Assembly: GCA_964587725.1 (NCBI GenBank) | Contig: CAZPLO010000011.1 | Location: 13,212 to 39,567 of the forward strand | Length of the DNA stretch: 26,356 nt | Source: an uncultured archaeon | GTDB taxonomy: Archaea > Altiarchaeota > Altiarchaeia > IMC4 > SCGC-AAA252-I15 | Direction of reading: 5' to 3' | Part shown: piece after piece, positions 1-8,134 of the stretch | How positions within the stretch are numbered: the stretch's first letter is position 1 | How the letters are laid out: every line of letters starts with the position of its first letter | Translations under genes and position numbers: made by a program | The notes under the pieces: generated by a model | What the model was told of the DNA's origin: nothing | Database searches by the model: none | Seen by the model: the letters and a program-made list of their open reading frames with translations, nothing else

Positions 1-2
1 TC

Positions 3-42
3 ATGCCGAAGTCCCGCTCCCTCCGGTCGCTTACTTCGGCAT
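3..42. repeat. 10-bp perfect inverted repeat (ATGCCGAAGT/ACTTCGGCAT) downstream of the DHQ synthase gene; possible terminator or REP-like hairpin
   Basis: Arms at 3-12 and 33-42 enclose CCCGCTCCCTCCGGTCGCTT. It lies at the window edge and may be longer. Confidence 0.5.
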
Positions 43-65
43 TCAGGTCGGGTCCGCAGCGACTT

Positions 66-1067
66 CTATTTTTCTTCTATCGACTCTTCGACCTTCATGC
101 CGAAGTGCCGCCCGCCTTCCTCCAAGTAGGCTAGGATTTTGTCGCCTTTCTTCAGTTTCACCACAGACACCGGCTCACCGTCTTCGGAAACAAGGTTTAT
201 GGTTTCAGCGTTCTGCAGCAATGTTTTGATGCGGCGGCCGTCTTTCTCGGCCTCAACGAGAATGAGGGGGCGTTTCTCAATCTTCAATCTGCCGATGATG
301 AGCGCCCTGGTGTTGCCGTCTGTGTCGACAGCCAGCACCTCATCCCCTGCTTCGAGGTCGCTCAAGTACTTGGTTTTGCCGCCCGGCACCATGGTGTACG
401 CGTGCACGGGCCCGGCGTTCACGCGGAACGGCCGCGCAGCCACGTACTCCGTCTGCAGGGTCTCGCTGTGCACCAAAAACAATCCGTTGCTTTGGCTGCC
501 CACCACCATGCCTTCGCCGAGCCTGAACATGCTGGCGGTGTCCACGCACACCCGGTCCCCCATGCCAACCTTCTTGACGTTCACAACCTCCACGGCCACG
601 ATAGTCAGTTTCTCCTGTGACAGGTCCTCAACGTATTCTTTCACCTTCTTCACCACTCGTCCGTCGCCGTCCACCAACACGCCGTCCGCCCCCACTTCAA
701 GGGTTTCCAGCACGGTTTTGGCCTCGTCGAACGACGTCACCTCGACGATTATTTTAGCCTTCTCCTGCTGCAGGCCCGCTATGATGTTCTCCAATGGGAT
801 GACCTTCCAGTCCACCGCGTTGAAGACCACGTAGTCGTTTGTCCTGCCGGCCTTCACCACAGCCTCCTCATCCCCCTTGCTCTTCAAGACGGTGTATGAG
901 ACGTCCTGTTCGGTGTAGGCCTTGATGTCGCCCAGCTGCCGTACTTTATCTGCTTCGCCGTCGTTCACCAAGACGGCGTCGGCTCCGCTCTCCAACGCGT
1001 CTGTAACGTGTTTCTTCCTCTTATCCCACGGCTCGTCGCCGAAGGCCTTAACCCACAGCTCCTTCAT
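66..1067 (-). CDS. aroB': 3-dehydroquinate synthase II (archaeal AroB')
   Basis: Family motifs DWKVIPLENIIA, GDRVCVDT, RPFRVNAGPVHAY, GRLKIEKRPL, LQNAETI and C-terminal GRHFGMKVEESIEEK. Start moved to MKELWV (1067) because the upstream extension runs through palindromic non-coding DNA. Confidence 0.93.
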   Translation of the reverse strand: MKELWVKAFGDEPWDKRKKHVTDALESGADAVLVNDGEADKVRQLGDIKAYTEQDVSYTVLKSKGDEEAVVKAGRTNDYVVFNAVDWKVIPLENIIAGLQQEKAKIIVEVTSFDEAKTVLETLEVGADGVLVDGDGRVVKKVKEYVEDLSQEKLTIVAVEVVNVKKVGMGDRVCVDTASMFRLGEGMVVGSQSNGLFLVHSETLQTEYVAARPFRVNAGPVHAYTMVPGGKTKYLSDLEAGDEVLAVDTDGNTRALIIGRLKIEKRPLILVEAEKDGRRIKTLLQNAETINLVSEDGEPVSVVKLKKGDKILAYLEEGGRHFGMKVEESIEEK

Positions 1068-1081
1068 TTCTTCGTCGCACC

Positions 1082-1162
1082 CCACTGCTTGCAGTGGATA
1101 GCTTATGTACTCTGTTTTCGTCCTACCGAGACGATGAAATACCCCGCAGCTTGCTGCGGGGT
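1082..1162. repeat. Pair of related GC-rich palindromes resembling IS200/IS605-family end hairpins (possible non-autonomous remnant)
   Basis: CCACTGC-TT-GCAGTGG (1082-1097) and ACCCCGCAGC-TT-GCTGCGGGGT (1141-1162) share a GCTTGC apex. Confidence 0.55.
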
Positions 1163-1212
1163 TTATCTCCACTATTAATATGACCCGTCTTTATTATTTA
1201 TGCTGTTTTCAA

Positions 1213-1560
1213 ATGGAATCCGACGTTTTAAAGCAGGTGCTGGTGGTGCGCACCGACTTGAAGATGGGGAAGGGGAAGATTGCGGCTCAGGCAGCCCACG
1301 CCGCCGTGTTAGCGGCGGACAAAAGCGAATACAAGCGCGCGTGGCTGATGGAGAGCCAGCGTAAGACGGTGGTGAAGGTCTCCGGCGAAAAAGAGTTGTT
1401 GAAGGTGCTGCGGGAGGCGAGGGAGGCAGGCCTGCCCACGGCGCTGGTGGAGGACGCGGGCCACACCCAGGTGGAGCCGGGCACGAAGACGTGCGTGGGC
1501 ATAGGGCCTGCGCCGTCCAGTGAAATAGACAAGGTAACGGGGGAGTTGAAGCTTCTATAA
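1213..1560 (+). CDS. pth2: Peptidyl-tRNA hydrolase, Pth2 family
   Basis: KQVLVVRTDLKMGKGKIAAQAAHA, DAGHTQVEPGTKTCVGIGP and IDKVTGELKLL. Start set at MESDVLKQ. Confidence 0.96.
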   Translation: MESDVLKQVLVVRTDLKMGKGKIAAQAAHAAVLAADKSEYKRAWLMESQRKTVVKVSGEKELLKVLREAREAGLPTALVEDAGHTQVEPGTKTCVGIGPAPSSEIDKVTGELKLL

Positions 1561-2990
1561 TGGCCGAGGAGACCGTGAGGCTGGAGGAAGACCCGGAAGG
1601 TGCTGTGTTACGGTTCGCGCCGAACCCCAACGGGCCGCTGACCATAGGCCACGCACGTGGCATAGTCGTCAACCACCACCTCGCCAGAAAATACGGCGGG
1701 AAACTAATCCTCCGGTTCGACGACACAGACCCCAAAACCAAGAAGCCGCTGAAGGAGGCGTACGACTGGATTATCGAAGACTGCGGATGGCTGGGGTGCG
1801 AACCCGATGAAGTCGTTAGGGCGTCGGAGAACCTGCCGGTGTACTACGACCACGCAGTGAAGCTTATTGAGTCGGGGAAGGCGTATGTGTGCACGTGCGA
1901 AAGAAACGCCTTCAGGACCAAGAAGAATCAGGGCATAGCGTGCCCCTGCCGCGACAACCAGGTGGAAGAGAACAAGAGCGGGTGGGAGCGGATGTTCTCC
2001 GACTACAAGGAAGGCGAAGCCGTATTACGGATAAAAACGGACATAAAACACCCGGATCCCGCATTGCGTGACTGGGTGGCGTTCAGGATATTGGATGCGG
2101 AACACCCGCTGACCGGTCTGAAGTACAGGGTGTGGCCGATGCTCGACTTCGAAAGCGCCATAGAAGACCACGTACGCGGTGTAACACACATCATCCGTGG
2201 GAAGGATTTGATGGACTCTGGTCTGAAGCAGCAGTACGTGTACGGGTACCTGGGTTGGACGTACCCTGAGGTGATACTGTGGGGTCGGATAAAGATTGGG
2301 GGGCTGGGGAAGTTCAGCACCAGCCAGATGTCCGAGGACATCGCGTCCGGCAAATACGGCGGCTGGGACGACCCCGCGTTGCCGACGCTCCGCGCCTTCA
2401 GAAGGCGGGGCATACGGCCGGAGGCGATTAAAGAGTTCATGCTGGGGCTGGGTTTAAGCGACTCCGCTGTTTCCGTGAGCATGGACAACCTCTACGCAGT
2501 CAACAGGAGGATTCTGGACGAGGAAACCGACCGCTACTTCTTCATACCGGACCCCGTGAAACTCTACGTGGAAGGCCTGCCTGGGAAGACCGTCAGAATG
2601 CCCCTGCACCCGTCCTTCAAGGCCAGGGGAGTCCGAGAATGGTGTATCCGGCAGGGGAGCTGCCTGTACATCTCAAAACGTGATTTGAACTTCGGGAGAG
2701 ATGAGACGGTAAAATTGATGGGGCTGCCGTGCATCCAGGTGGAGTCGGTGGAAGACGGTGAAGTCAAGGCCAAGTATGTGCCCGGCAGCGGCAAAAAGAA
2801 GCAGAAGATACAGTGCATACAGGAGTATGTGGAATGCACTGTGTTGAGGCCCGACGGCGTGGATACGGGATACTGCGAGCCGCAGTGCATGGAACTTGAA
2901 ACAGGCGCCATAATACAGTTCGAACGCTACGGCTTCTGCCGCCTCGACAGCAAAGAAGACGGGCTGACGTTCGTTTTCGCCCACAGCTAG
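1560..2990 (+). CDS. gltX: Glutamate--tRNA ligase, archaeal type, short N-terminus
   Basis: RFAPNPNGPLTIGH (HIGH variant), LRFDDTDP, THIIRGKD, GWDDPALPTLRAFRRRG and QFERYGFCRLD. One-base TAATG overlap with pth2. Confidence 0.95.
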   Translation: MAEETVRLEEDPEGAVLRFAPNPNGPLTIGHARGIVVNHHLARKYGGKLILRFDDTDPKTKKPLKEAYDWIIEDCGWLGCEPDEVVRASENLPVYYDHAVKLIESGKAYVCTCERNAFRTKKNQGIACPCRDNQVEENKSGWERMFSDYKEGEAVLRIKTDIKHPDPALRDWVAFRILDAEHPLTGLKYRVWPMLDFESAIEDHVRGVTHIIRGKDLMDSGLKQQYVYGYLGWTYPEVILWGRIKIGGLGKFSTSQMSEDIASGKYGGWDDPALPTLRAFRRRGIRPEAIKEFMLGLGLSDSAVSVSMDNLYAVNRRILDEETDRYFFIPDPVKLYVEGLPGKTVRMPLHPSFKARGVREWCIRQGSCLYISKRDLNFGRDETVKLMGLPCIQVESVEDGEVKAKYVPGSGKKKQKIQCIQEYVECTVLRPDGVDTGYCEPQCMELETGAIIQFERYGFCRLDSKEDGLTFVFAHS

Positions 2991-3904
2991 ATGGTGTGGT
3001 CGAACGCCACTATGCGGCGGAACGTATCGTACCGCTCCTCTATGTCTTCGTCTGTCAGGTTTTTGATTCCGCCTATGCTGAAGTCTTCGACGGCGTAGCT
3101 GGCTACGACGCTGCCACAGACCATGCTTTTCTTGATGTCCGCGCACTCGAAGCAGTCGTGTTTCGCCAGGTGGCCTACGGTGCCGCCCGCGAAGCTGTCG
3201 CCCGCGCCCGTGGGGTCCACCACGTTCGCCGTAGGATACCCGGGGGCTGCGAAGAACTCGTCTCCGCTGAAAAACAACGCCCCGTGCTCCCCCTTCTTTA
3301 TGATGACCCGGCTGCCGCCCATCTCAGACAGCATCCGCCCAGCCTTAATCAGGTTGGGGGTTCCGCAGTATTCGCGGGCCTCGCTCTCGTTTATTACGAT
3401 GCCGTCGACGCGCTCGAACACCTCCGTCAACTCCCGTCGTTTGCTTTCTATCCAGTAGTCCATGGTGTCGCAGAGGCTGTGCCGCGGCTTCACCTCGTCC
3501 AAAACCTCCAGCTGCAGCGCAGGGTCTATGTTGGCCAAGAACAGGAAACCGCATCCACGATACTCTTTCGGTATGTTGGGCTTGAACGTCTCCAACACGT
3601 TCAACTCCGTCTTCAATGTTTTGGCGGCGTTCATGTCGTGTTCGTAGCTGCCCTCCCAGTGGAACGTGCGTCCGTCGACGCGTTCAACTCCGGTGAGGTC
3701 TATGTCGCGGCTCCTAAGGTAATCCAGATGTTCCTCGGGGAAGTCCTCGCCGACGACGCTCACGACACCGCAGCGGCTGAAGTGGCTGGCTGCGAGGCTG
3801 AAGTACGTGCCGCTGCCCCCCAACGCACGCTCCACGCGGCCGAACGGCGTCTCAATCGTGTCCAACGCCATCGTACCCAACGTAACCAGCGGCATACGGC
3901 CCAT
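2987..3904 (-). CDS. PfkB/ribokinase-family carbohydrate or nucleoside kinase
   Basis: N-terminal ALGGSGTY, INESEA, IKKGEHGA and the PfkB signature VVDPTGAGDSFAGG. Start is 3904 or 3895. Confidence 0.9.
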   Translation of the reverse strand: MGRMPLVTLGTMALDTIETPFGRVERALGGSGTYFSLAASHFSRCGVVSVVGEDFPEEHLDYLRSRDIDLTGVERVDGRTFHWEGSYEHDMNAAKTLKTELNVLETFKPNIPKEYRGCGFLFLANIDPALQLEVLDEVKPRHSLCDTMDYWIESKRRELTEVFERVDGIVINESEAREYCGTPNLIKAGRMLSEMGGSRVIIKKGEHGALFFSGDEFFAAPGYPTANVVDPTGAGDSFAGGTVGHLAKHDCFECADIKKSMVCGSVVASYAVEDFSIGGIKNLTDEDIEERYDTFRRIVAFDHTI

Positions 3905-3947
3905 TGTATATGAATTCCCGCCAACGCTTAAATGCGGGGCGGGCAAG

Positions 3948-3971
3948 CTTTTTATAGGGTTGTTCCCTATA
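3948..3971 (+). promoter_or_regulatory. Putative TATA box of the ribosomal operon, overlapped by a 7-bp inverted repeat
   Basis: TTTTTATA near 3949-3956; TATAGGG (3953-3959) and CCCTATA (3965-3971) are separated by 5 bp. Confidence 0.45.
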
Positions 3972-4023
3972 TTGTTAGTCGTATGGCTAATCCCCCGGTA
4001 ACAGGGGTATTCTTAGCTTGTGA

Positions 4024-4049
4024 ACCGATGACAAGGTTTTTCGAGGTGA
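4024..4049 (+). promoter_or_regulatory. Putative kink-turn overlapping the Shine-Dalgarno of rpl7ae (autoregulatory leader)
   Basis: ACC-GAT-GA ... GA-GGT gives a C stem, a 3-nt bulge and tandem G.A pairs. GAGGTGA (4043-4049) is an SD-like sequence just upstream of ATG 4056. Confidence 0.55.
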
Positions 4050-4055
4050 AGTAAG

Positions 4056-4415
4056 ATGGGTTACGTGAAATTCGAGGCTCCGAAGGAGCTGCAGGAAAAA
4101 GCCCTGGGCGCGTTGGAGCAGGCCCAGGACACGGGGAAGATAAAGAAGGGCACCAACGAGGTGACGAAGGCCGTGGAACGCGGAAACGCCAAGCTGGTGC
4201 TGATAGGCGGGGACGTTGAGCCGCCGGAGATAGTCATGCACCTGCCGATGCTGTGCGAGGAGAAGAAGATACCGTACATCTACATACCCAAGGCGGACAT
4301 CGGCGCGGCGGTGGGCATACACGTTTCAACCGCAGCTGCATGCATCGTCGAGGAAGGCAAGGCCAAGGACGCGGTAGCCGACGTCGCAGACAAAGTCAAC
4401 GAACTAAAGAAATAA
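4056..4415 (+). CDS. rpl7ae: 50S ribosomal protein L7Ae (eL8)
   Basis: [32 protein letters not shown] and [18 protein letters not shown]. Confidence 0.98.
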   Translation: MGYVKFEAPKELQEKALGALEQAQDTGKIKKGTNEVTKAVERGNAKLVLIGGDVEPPEIVMHLPMLCEEKKIPYIYIPKADIGAAVGIHVSTAAACIVEEGKAKDAVADVADKVNELKK

Positions 4416-4416
4416 G

Positions 4417-4608
4417 ATGGTCTCAGCAGAGGTTGTGAAGATAATAGGCCGCACCGGCATATACGGCGAAGTCATGCAGGTGATGTGCAAGGTAGGGGAA
4501 GGCGAGAACAAAGGCCGCATCATCCGCAGAAACGTCAGAACCCCGGTAAGGGAAGGCGACGTCATAGACCTGCGCGAGACCGAACGGGAGGCGAAGCCTC
4601 TGAACTAA
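4417..4608 (+). CDS. rps28e: 30S ribosomal protein S28e
   Basis: [18 protein letters not shown] and [24 protein letters not shown]; conserved position after rpl7ae. Confidence 0.96.
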   Translation: MVSAEVVKIIGRTGIYGEVMQVMCKVGEGENKGRIIRRNVRTPVREGDVIDLRETEREAKPLN

Positions 4609-4609
4609 G

Positions 4610-5065
4610 ATGGACTGCAACTTCTGCGGGAGAAAAATACCCGCCGGCACCGACTACATATACGTCACCAGCAAGGGCAAGGCCACCCACTACTGCAGCA
4701 GCAAGTGCATGAAAAACGAGGTCAAACTCAAGCGCAAATCGCGGAAGGTGAAGTGGACCGAAACATACCGCGACGAGAAAAAGGCGCGGCTGAAGACCCT
4801 GGAGCAGAAGCCCGAGAAGGAAAAGGAGAGGCCCGAGAAGGAGGAGGCTGCAGAGAAGAAGGCGGATGAGGGGAAGCCCAAGAAACAGAAGGCTAAAAAG
4901 CAGTCCAAGAAGCAGGCCAAGAAAACCGGGGAAAAGGCCGAGGAGAAGGAATCCGGCGGCGAAAAGAAGGAAGCAGAATCTAAGAACTCCGGGGGGAAGT
5001 CCAAGAAAAAGACCAAAAAGTCCAAGAAAACCAAGAAGAAAGCCAAAAAATCAACGAAGAAATGA
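4610..5065 (+). CDS. rpl24e: 50S ribosomal protein L24e with a long Lys/Glu-rich C-terminal extension
   Basis: CNFCGRKIPAGT...YCSSKC zinc (TRASH) motif and RKVKWT; conserved position after rps28e. Confidence 0.93.
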   Translation: MDCNFCGRKIPAGTDYIYVTSKGKATHYCSSKCMKNEVKLKRKSRKVKWTETYRDEKKARLKTLEQKPEKEKERPEKEEAAEKKADEGKPKKQKAKKQSKKQAKKTGEKAEEKESGGEKKEAESKNSGGKSKKKTKKSKKTKKKAKKSTKK

Positions 5066-5499
5066 AGACGCTCATAATCATGAGGCCCGACGCCGTGACC
5101 CGCGGTCTCGTGGGGGAGATAATCACGCGGTTCGAGAAACACGGCATACGTATTGCAGGCCTAAAGATAATGCAGCTCGCCAAGGCGAGGGCGGAGAAGC
5201 TGTACGAGCAACACCGGGGGAAACCCTACTACGACCGCCTAATAAACAACATGACATCAAACCCGTCGGTTTTCGTGGTATTGGACACCGACGTACTCGA
5301 CCGCGAAAGCGCGATTTCCCTGGTGAGGAAGATTATCGGAGACACAGACCCCGCGAAGGCGGAGATGGGCACAATACGCGGCGACTTCGGGCTGCGGATA
5401 GACCAGAACATAATACACGCGTCCGACAACAAGGAATCCGCTGAACGCGAGATACCCCTCTTCTTCGAGCGGGGGGAGTTGGTGACATACGAGGAATAA
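5062..5499 (+). CDS. ndk: Nucleoside-diphosphate kinase
   Basis: RPDAVTRGLVGEIITRFE, GTIRGDFG and NIIHASD (catalytic His); ATGA overlap with rpl24e. Confidence 0.95.
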   Translation: MKTLIIMRPDAVTRGLVGEIITRFEKHGIRIAGLKIMQLAKARAEKLYEQHRGKPYYDRLINNMTSNPSVFVVLDTDVLDRESAISLVRKIIGDTDPAKAEMGTIRGDFGLRIDQNIIHASDNKESAEREIPLFFERGELVTYEE

Positions 5500-5500
5500 A

Positions 5501-5914
5501 ATGGCAACAGCATATGATGTTCCGGCGAACAAGCTGATAGATGAGATGGCCTCGGACCTGAGGGAGAACGTGAAACTGGGGCGTCCGGAGTGGGCTCTCT
5601 ACGTCAAGACAGGCGCCCACAAGGAGAGGAAACCCGACGACCCGAACTGGTGGTGGACCAGGGCGGCCTCGGTGCTGAGGCGGATATACGTTGAAGGCCC
5701 GGTCGGCGTCCAGAGGCTCCGCACCTTCTACGGCGGCAGGAAAAACAGGGGGGTGAAACCCGAGGAATTCCGGAGGGCCAGTGGCAAGGTCATCCGCACC
5801 CTACTCAAGGAGCTCGACGACGCTGGATTCACCGAATCGGGCAAGAAGGGCCGGAAGATAACGCCGAAGGGCAAGTCGTACGTCGACAGAATATCCTCTA
5901 AAATAGCCCGGTAA
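5501..5914 (+). CDS. rps19e: 30S ribosomal protein S19e
   Basis: TAYDVPA, PEWALYVKTGAHKERKP, WWWTRAASVLRRIY, YGGRKNRGVKP and GRKITPKGKS. Confidence 0.97.
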   Translation: MATAYDVPANKLIDEMASDLRENVKLGRPEWALYVKTGAHKERKPDDPNWWWTRAASVLRRIYVEGPVGVQRLRTFYGGRKNRGVKPEEFRRASGKVIRTLLKELDDAGFTESGKKGRKITPKGKSYVDRISSKIAR

Positions 5915-5916
5915 AG

Positions 5917-6249
5917 ATGTCTGAACTGGAAGAACTCCGCAAGAAGAGGCTGCGGGAACTCCAGGCGATGCAGCAGCAGGGCCGCCAGGAGGGGGTGCAG
6001 CAGCGGCTTGAGGCGCAGGAATTAGACCGTCAGATAAGGCAGATTATGCAGCAGATTATGACTCCTGAGGCGCGTGAACGCCTAGCAAACATCCGAGTGG
6101 CGCGACCGGATTTCGCCCGCCAGGTGGAGATACTGCTTATACAGCTGTACCAGTCCGGCCGGCTTAAAGCATTAGACGACGACCAGTTCAAGGCGCTGTT
6201 GGAGAAGATAAGCGGCAGCCAGCGGGAAACCAAGATAGAGTTCAAATAG
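5917..6249 (+). CDS. PDCD5-like dsDNA-binding protein
   Basis: ELEELRKKRLRELQ, IMTPEARERLANIRVARPDFARQVE and LIQLYQSGR; this family commonly follows rps19e in archaea. Confidence 0.93.
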   Translation: MSELEELRKKRLRELQAMQQQGRQEGVQQRLEAQELDRQIRQIMQQIMTPEARERLANIRVARPDFARQVEILLIQLYQSGRLKALDDDQFKALLEKISGSQRETKIEFK

Positions 6250-7389
6250 CTAGATGTTGAGTTCGTCGAGTCCCTCTCCTTCGCCACCTTCCTCCTCGCC
6301 ACCTTCCAACTCGTAGCCGAGCTCGTTCAGTATGTCGTCGTCTTTGAGCTTGGTTTCCCCACCCTTCTTCTTCGAGTAGACTATGGCGGCTATGAGTATG
6401 CACGCACCCAACAGTATAATCGCCCAGTCGGTGCGGCTGAACGGCCCGATCATCGCGCCCTTGATGTCCAGCAGCTCCTGCTGCAGCTGGCTTACCTGAA
6501 GGCTTGCTTCCGTGTAACGGGCTGTCAACTCCTTCTTCTCGTCCGTCAGCTGCTGTGCCTCCTGCTCCAGCCGCAGGTTCTGCAACCTCAACTCCTTTAT
6601 CAGCAGCTGCAGCTCCTGTGTGCTGTTCTCTGTGCTGAAGTTCTGGGTGCTTATGCTCAGCCACTCCACGATGTTCATGCCGAAGTTTCTGTTGTTGTAG
6701 TCTGCCAGGTATTTGTCGGACAGCATGTCCGCGTCGCTCAGCACGAACACCAGGCCTCCGCCGAACTGTGACGCTGCTGCGACGCACGGCTGACTGCCCG
6801 CCGCAAACGAGCCGGTGTCTGAGTAGGTGTCTGAGTTGCCCTTCACGATGCACCTGGTGTTGCCGGACAGTATCAGGCCGGAGCCCTTGTAGAAGCCTAC
6901 CTTGCTCACACCCTGGCGTAGGGTTCTCATGGTGCTGTGATCCTCAAACCGGTCTACCGTGAAGCTGTTGCGGTCGTTGAGCGCGGGTATCTGGTCCGAG
7001 GTGTCGATGAGTGTTCCGCTGTCGACTGTGACGCCGAACGGTATGGTCAACTGGTTGGCTCTTTCACCCCCGCCGTTAATCAGCAGGCCCTTGCCCTCCT
7101 GGAGGACGAACCATATTATCGACGATATCTCCGAGGTGCTCAATTGCTTGTTCAGCTCCTGAACCACCAACACGTCGTAGTTCTCAAGCTTGTCCTTGGT
7201 CAGCTCCCCCTTCTCTATCGACGCAACCTCGTATCTGCTGCGGAGGTCGTCTGTGAACTGGCTGTACCCCGTCTCTATGGTATATCCGCTTGCGGTGCCG
7301 ACCTCGTAGAAGAGTATCCGCTCTGCTGAGGCGTTTCCGGCCAGCAGGAGGGCTGAGAAAACCAGTGCCGTAAGAACCCTTTTGTCCAT
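6250..7389 (-). CDS. Secreted, C-terminally membrane-anchored protein with a GIFT/DUF4350 (GATase-like) domain and a coiled coil
   Basis: Signal peptide ending GNASA; GYSQFTDDLR, LENYDVLVV, FVLQEGKGLLING, NQLTIPFGV, GGGLVFVLSDADML and NRNFGMNIVEWL; heptad stretch; TM segment WAIILLGACILIAAIVY followed by KKK and an acidic tail. Confidence 0.7.
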   Translation of the reverse strand: MDKRVLTALVFSALLLAGNASAERILFYEVGTASGYTIETGYSQFTDDLRSRYEVASIEKGELTKDKLENYDVLVVQELNKQLSTSEISSIIWFVLQEGKGLLINGGGERANQLTIPFGVTVDSGTLIDTSDQIPALNDRNSFTVDRFEDHSTMRTLRQGVSKVGFYKGSGLILSGNTRCIVKGNSDTYSDTGSFAAGSQPCVAAASQFGGGLVFVLSDADMLSDKYLADYNNRNFGMNIVEWLSISTQNFSTENSTQELQLLIKELRLQNLRLEQEAQQLTDEKKELTARYTEASLQVSQLQQELLDIKGAMIGPFSRTDWAIILLGACILIAAIVYSKKKGGETKLKDDDILNELGYELEGGEEEGGEGEGLDELNI

Positions 7390-7424
7390 CCTCTTAACAC
7401 TTACTTATACATTCTTAAAAGCAT

Positions 7425-8096
7425 TCATCCCGTGTAGAATTCCATGTCCACAGAGTCTGATACGGTCAAAACGTAGGCTTTCCCCTCGCCGAGTCTTCCC
7501 AGGTTGAGGACCCGGGTTTCGCCGACCCGGTCTTCTGTGCCGCCGGCCTCGTGTATGTGGGAGCAGAGCACCAGCTCCGGCTGCATGTCCTCAATAAACG
7601 CCTTCAACGCGGTGCTGCCCACGTGGGCTCCGCCCTCTATGACGTCGCATTTCGTGTCCTTGGGCGGGAAATGCGTCATCACGATGACTTTCTTCCCATC
7701 CTCAACCTTGGAGTAGAGGTTGTTGAGGTGTCTGCCTATCTCTTCCTCGCTGTATTCGAAGGGGGTGTCGAAGGGTGTGGGGTTGCTGCCCCCGAAACCG
7801 ATTATCGCCGCCTCACGCAGGTCCAATACGGTGTTGTGTAGGTTGACGCCCTCCCGGTTGAATATGTCTACCGAGCTTCGGTGGTCGCAGTTCCCGGGTA
7901 TCGCCCTCACCCGGTAGCCGGACAGAATCTCCAGTATCCTTTTTATGTCCGCCTGGTTGCGTTCCTCATCCTTGAACCCGGGGCTATAGTCGCCGAGCAT
8001 GAACACGTAGTCCAAGTCTTCGCCGGCGATGGATTTCTCCAGCTTGACCACGGCGTCGAAGTCTCCGTGGACGTCCGCGAAGCAGATGGCTTTCAT
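7425..8096 (-). CDS. Calcineurin-like metallophosphoesterase (Icc-related)
   Basis: ADVHG, LGDYS, PGNCD, THFPP and CSHIHE motifs. Confidence 0.9.
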   Translation of the reverse strand: MKAICFADVHGDFDAVVKLEKSIAGEDLDYVFMLGDYSPGFKDEERNQADIKRILEILSGYRVRAIPGNCDHRSSVDIFNREGVNLHNTVLDLREAAIIGFGGSNPTPFDTPFEYSEEEIGRHLNNLYSKVEDGKKVIVMTHFPPKDTKCDVIEGGAHVGSTALKAFIEDMQPELVLCSHIHEAGGTEDRVGETRVLNLGRLGEGKAYVLTVSDSVDMEFYTG

Positions 8097-8134
8097 GCTA
8101 AACACTTAAACTAACTCTATTAAATACATACTCT

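Noticed and set aside
4900-5062. CCAAGAA/CCAAAAA short repeats
   Set aside because: They are explained by the Lys-rich coding tail of L24e and are not an independent repeat element.
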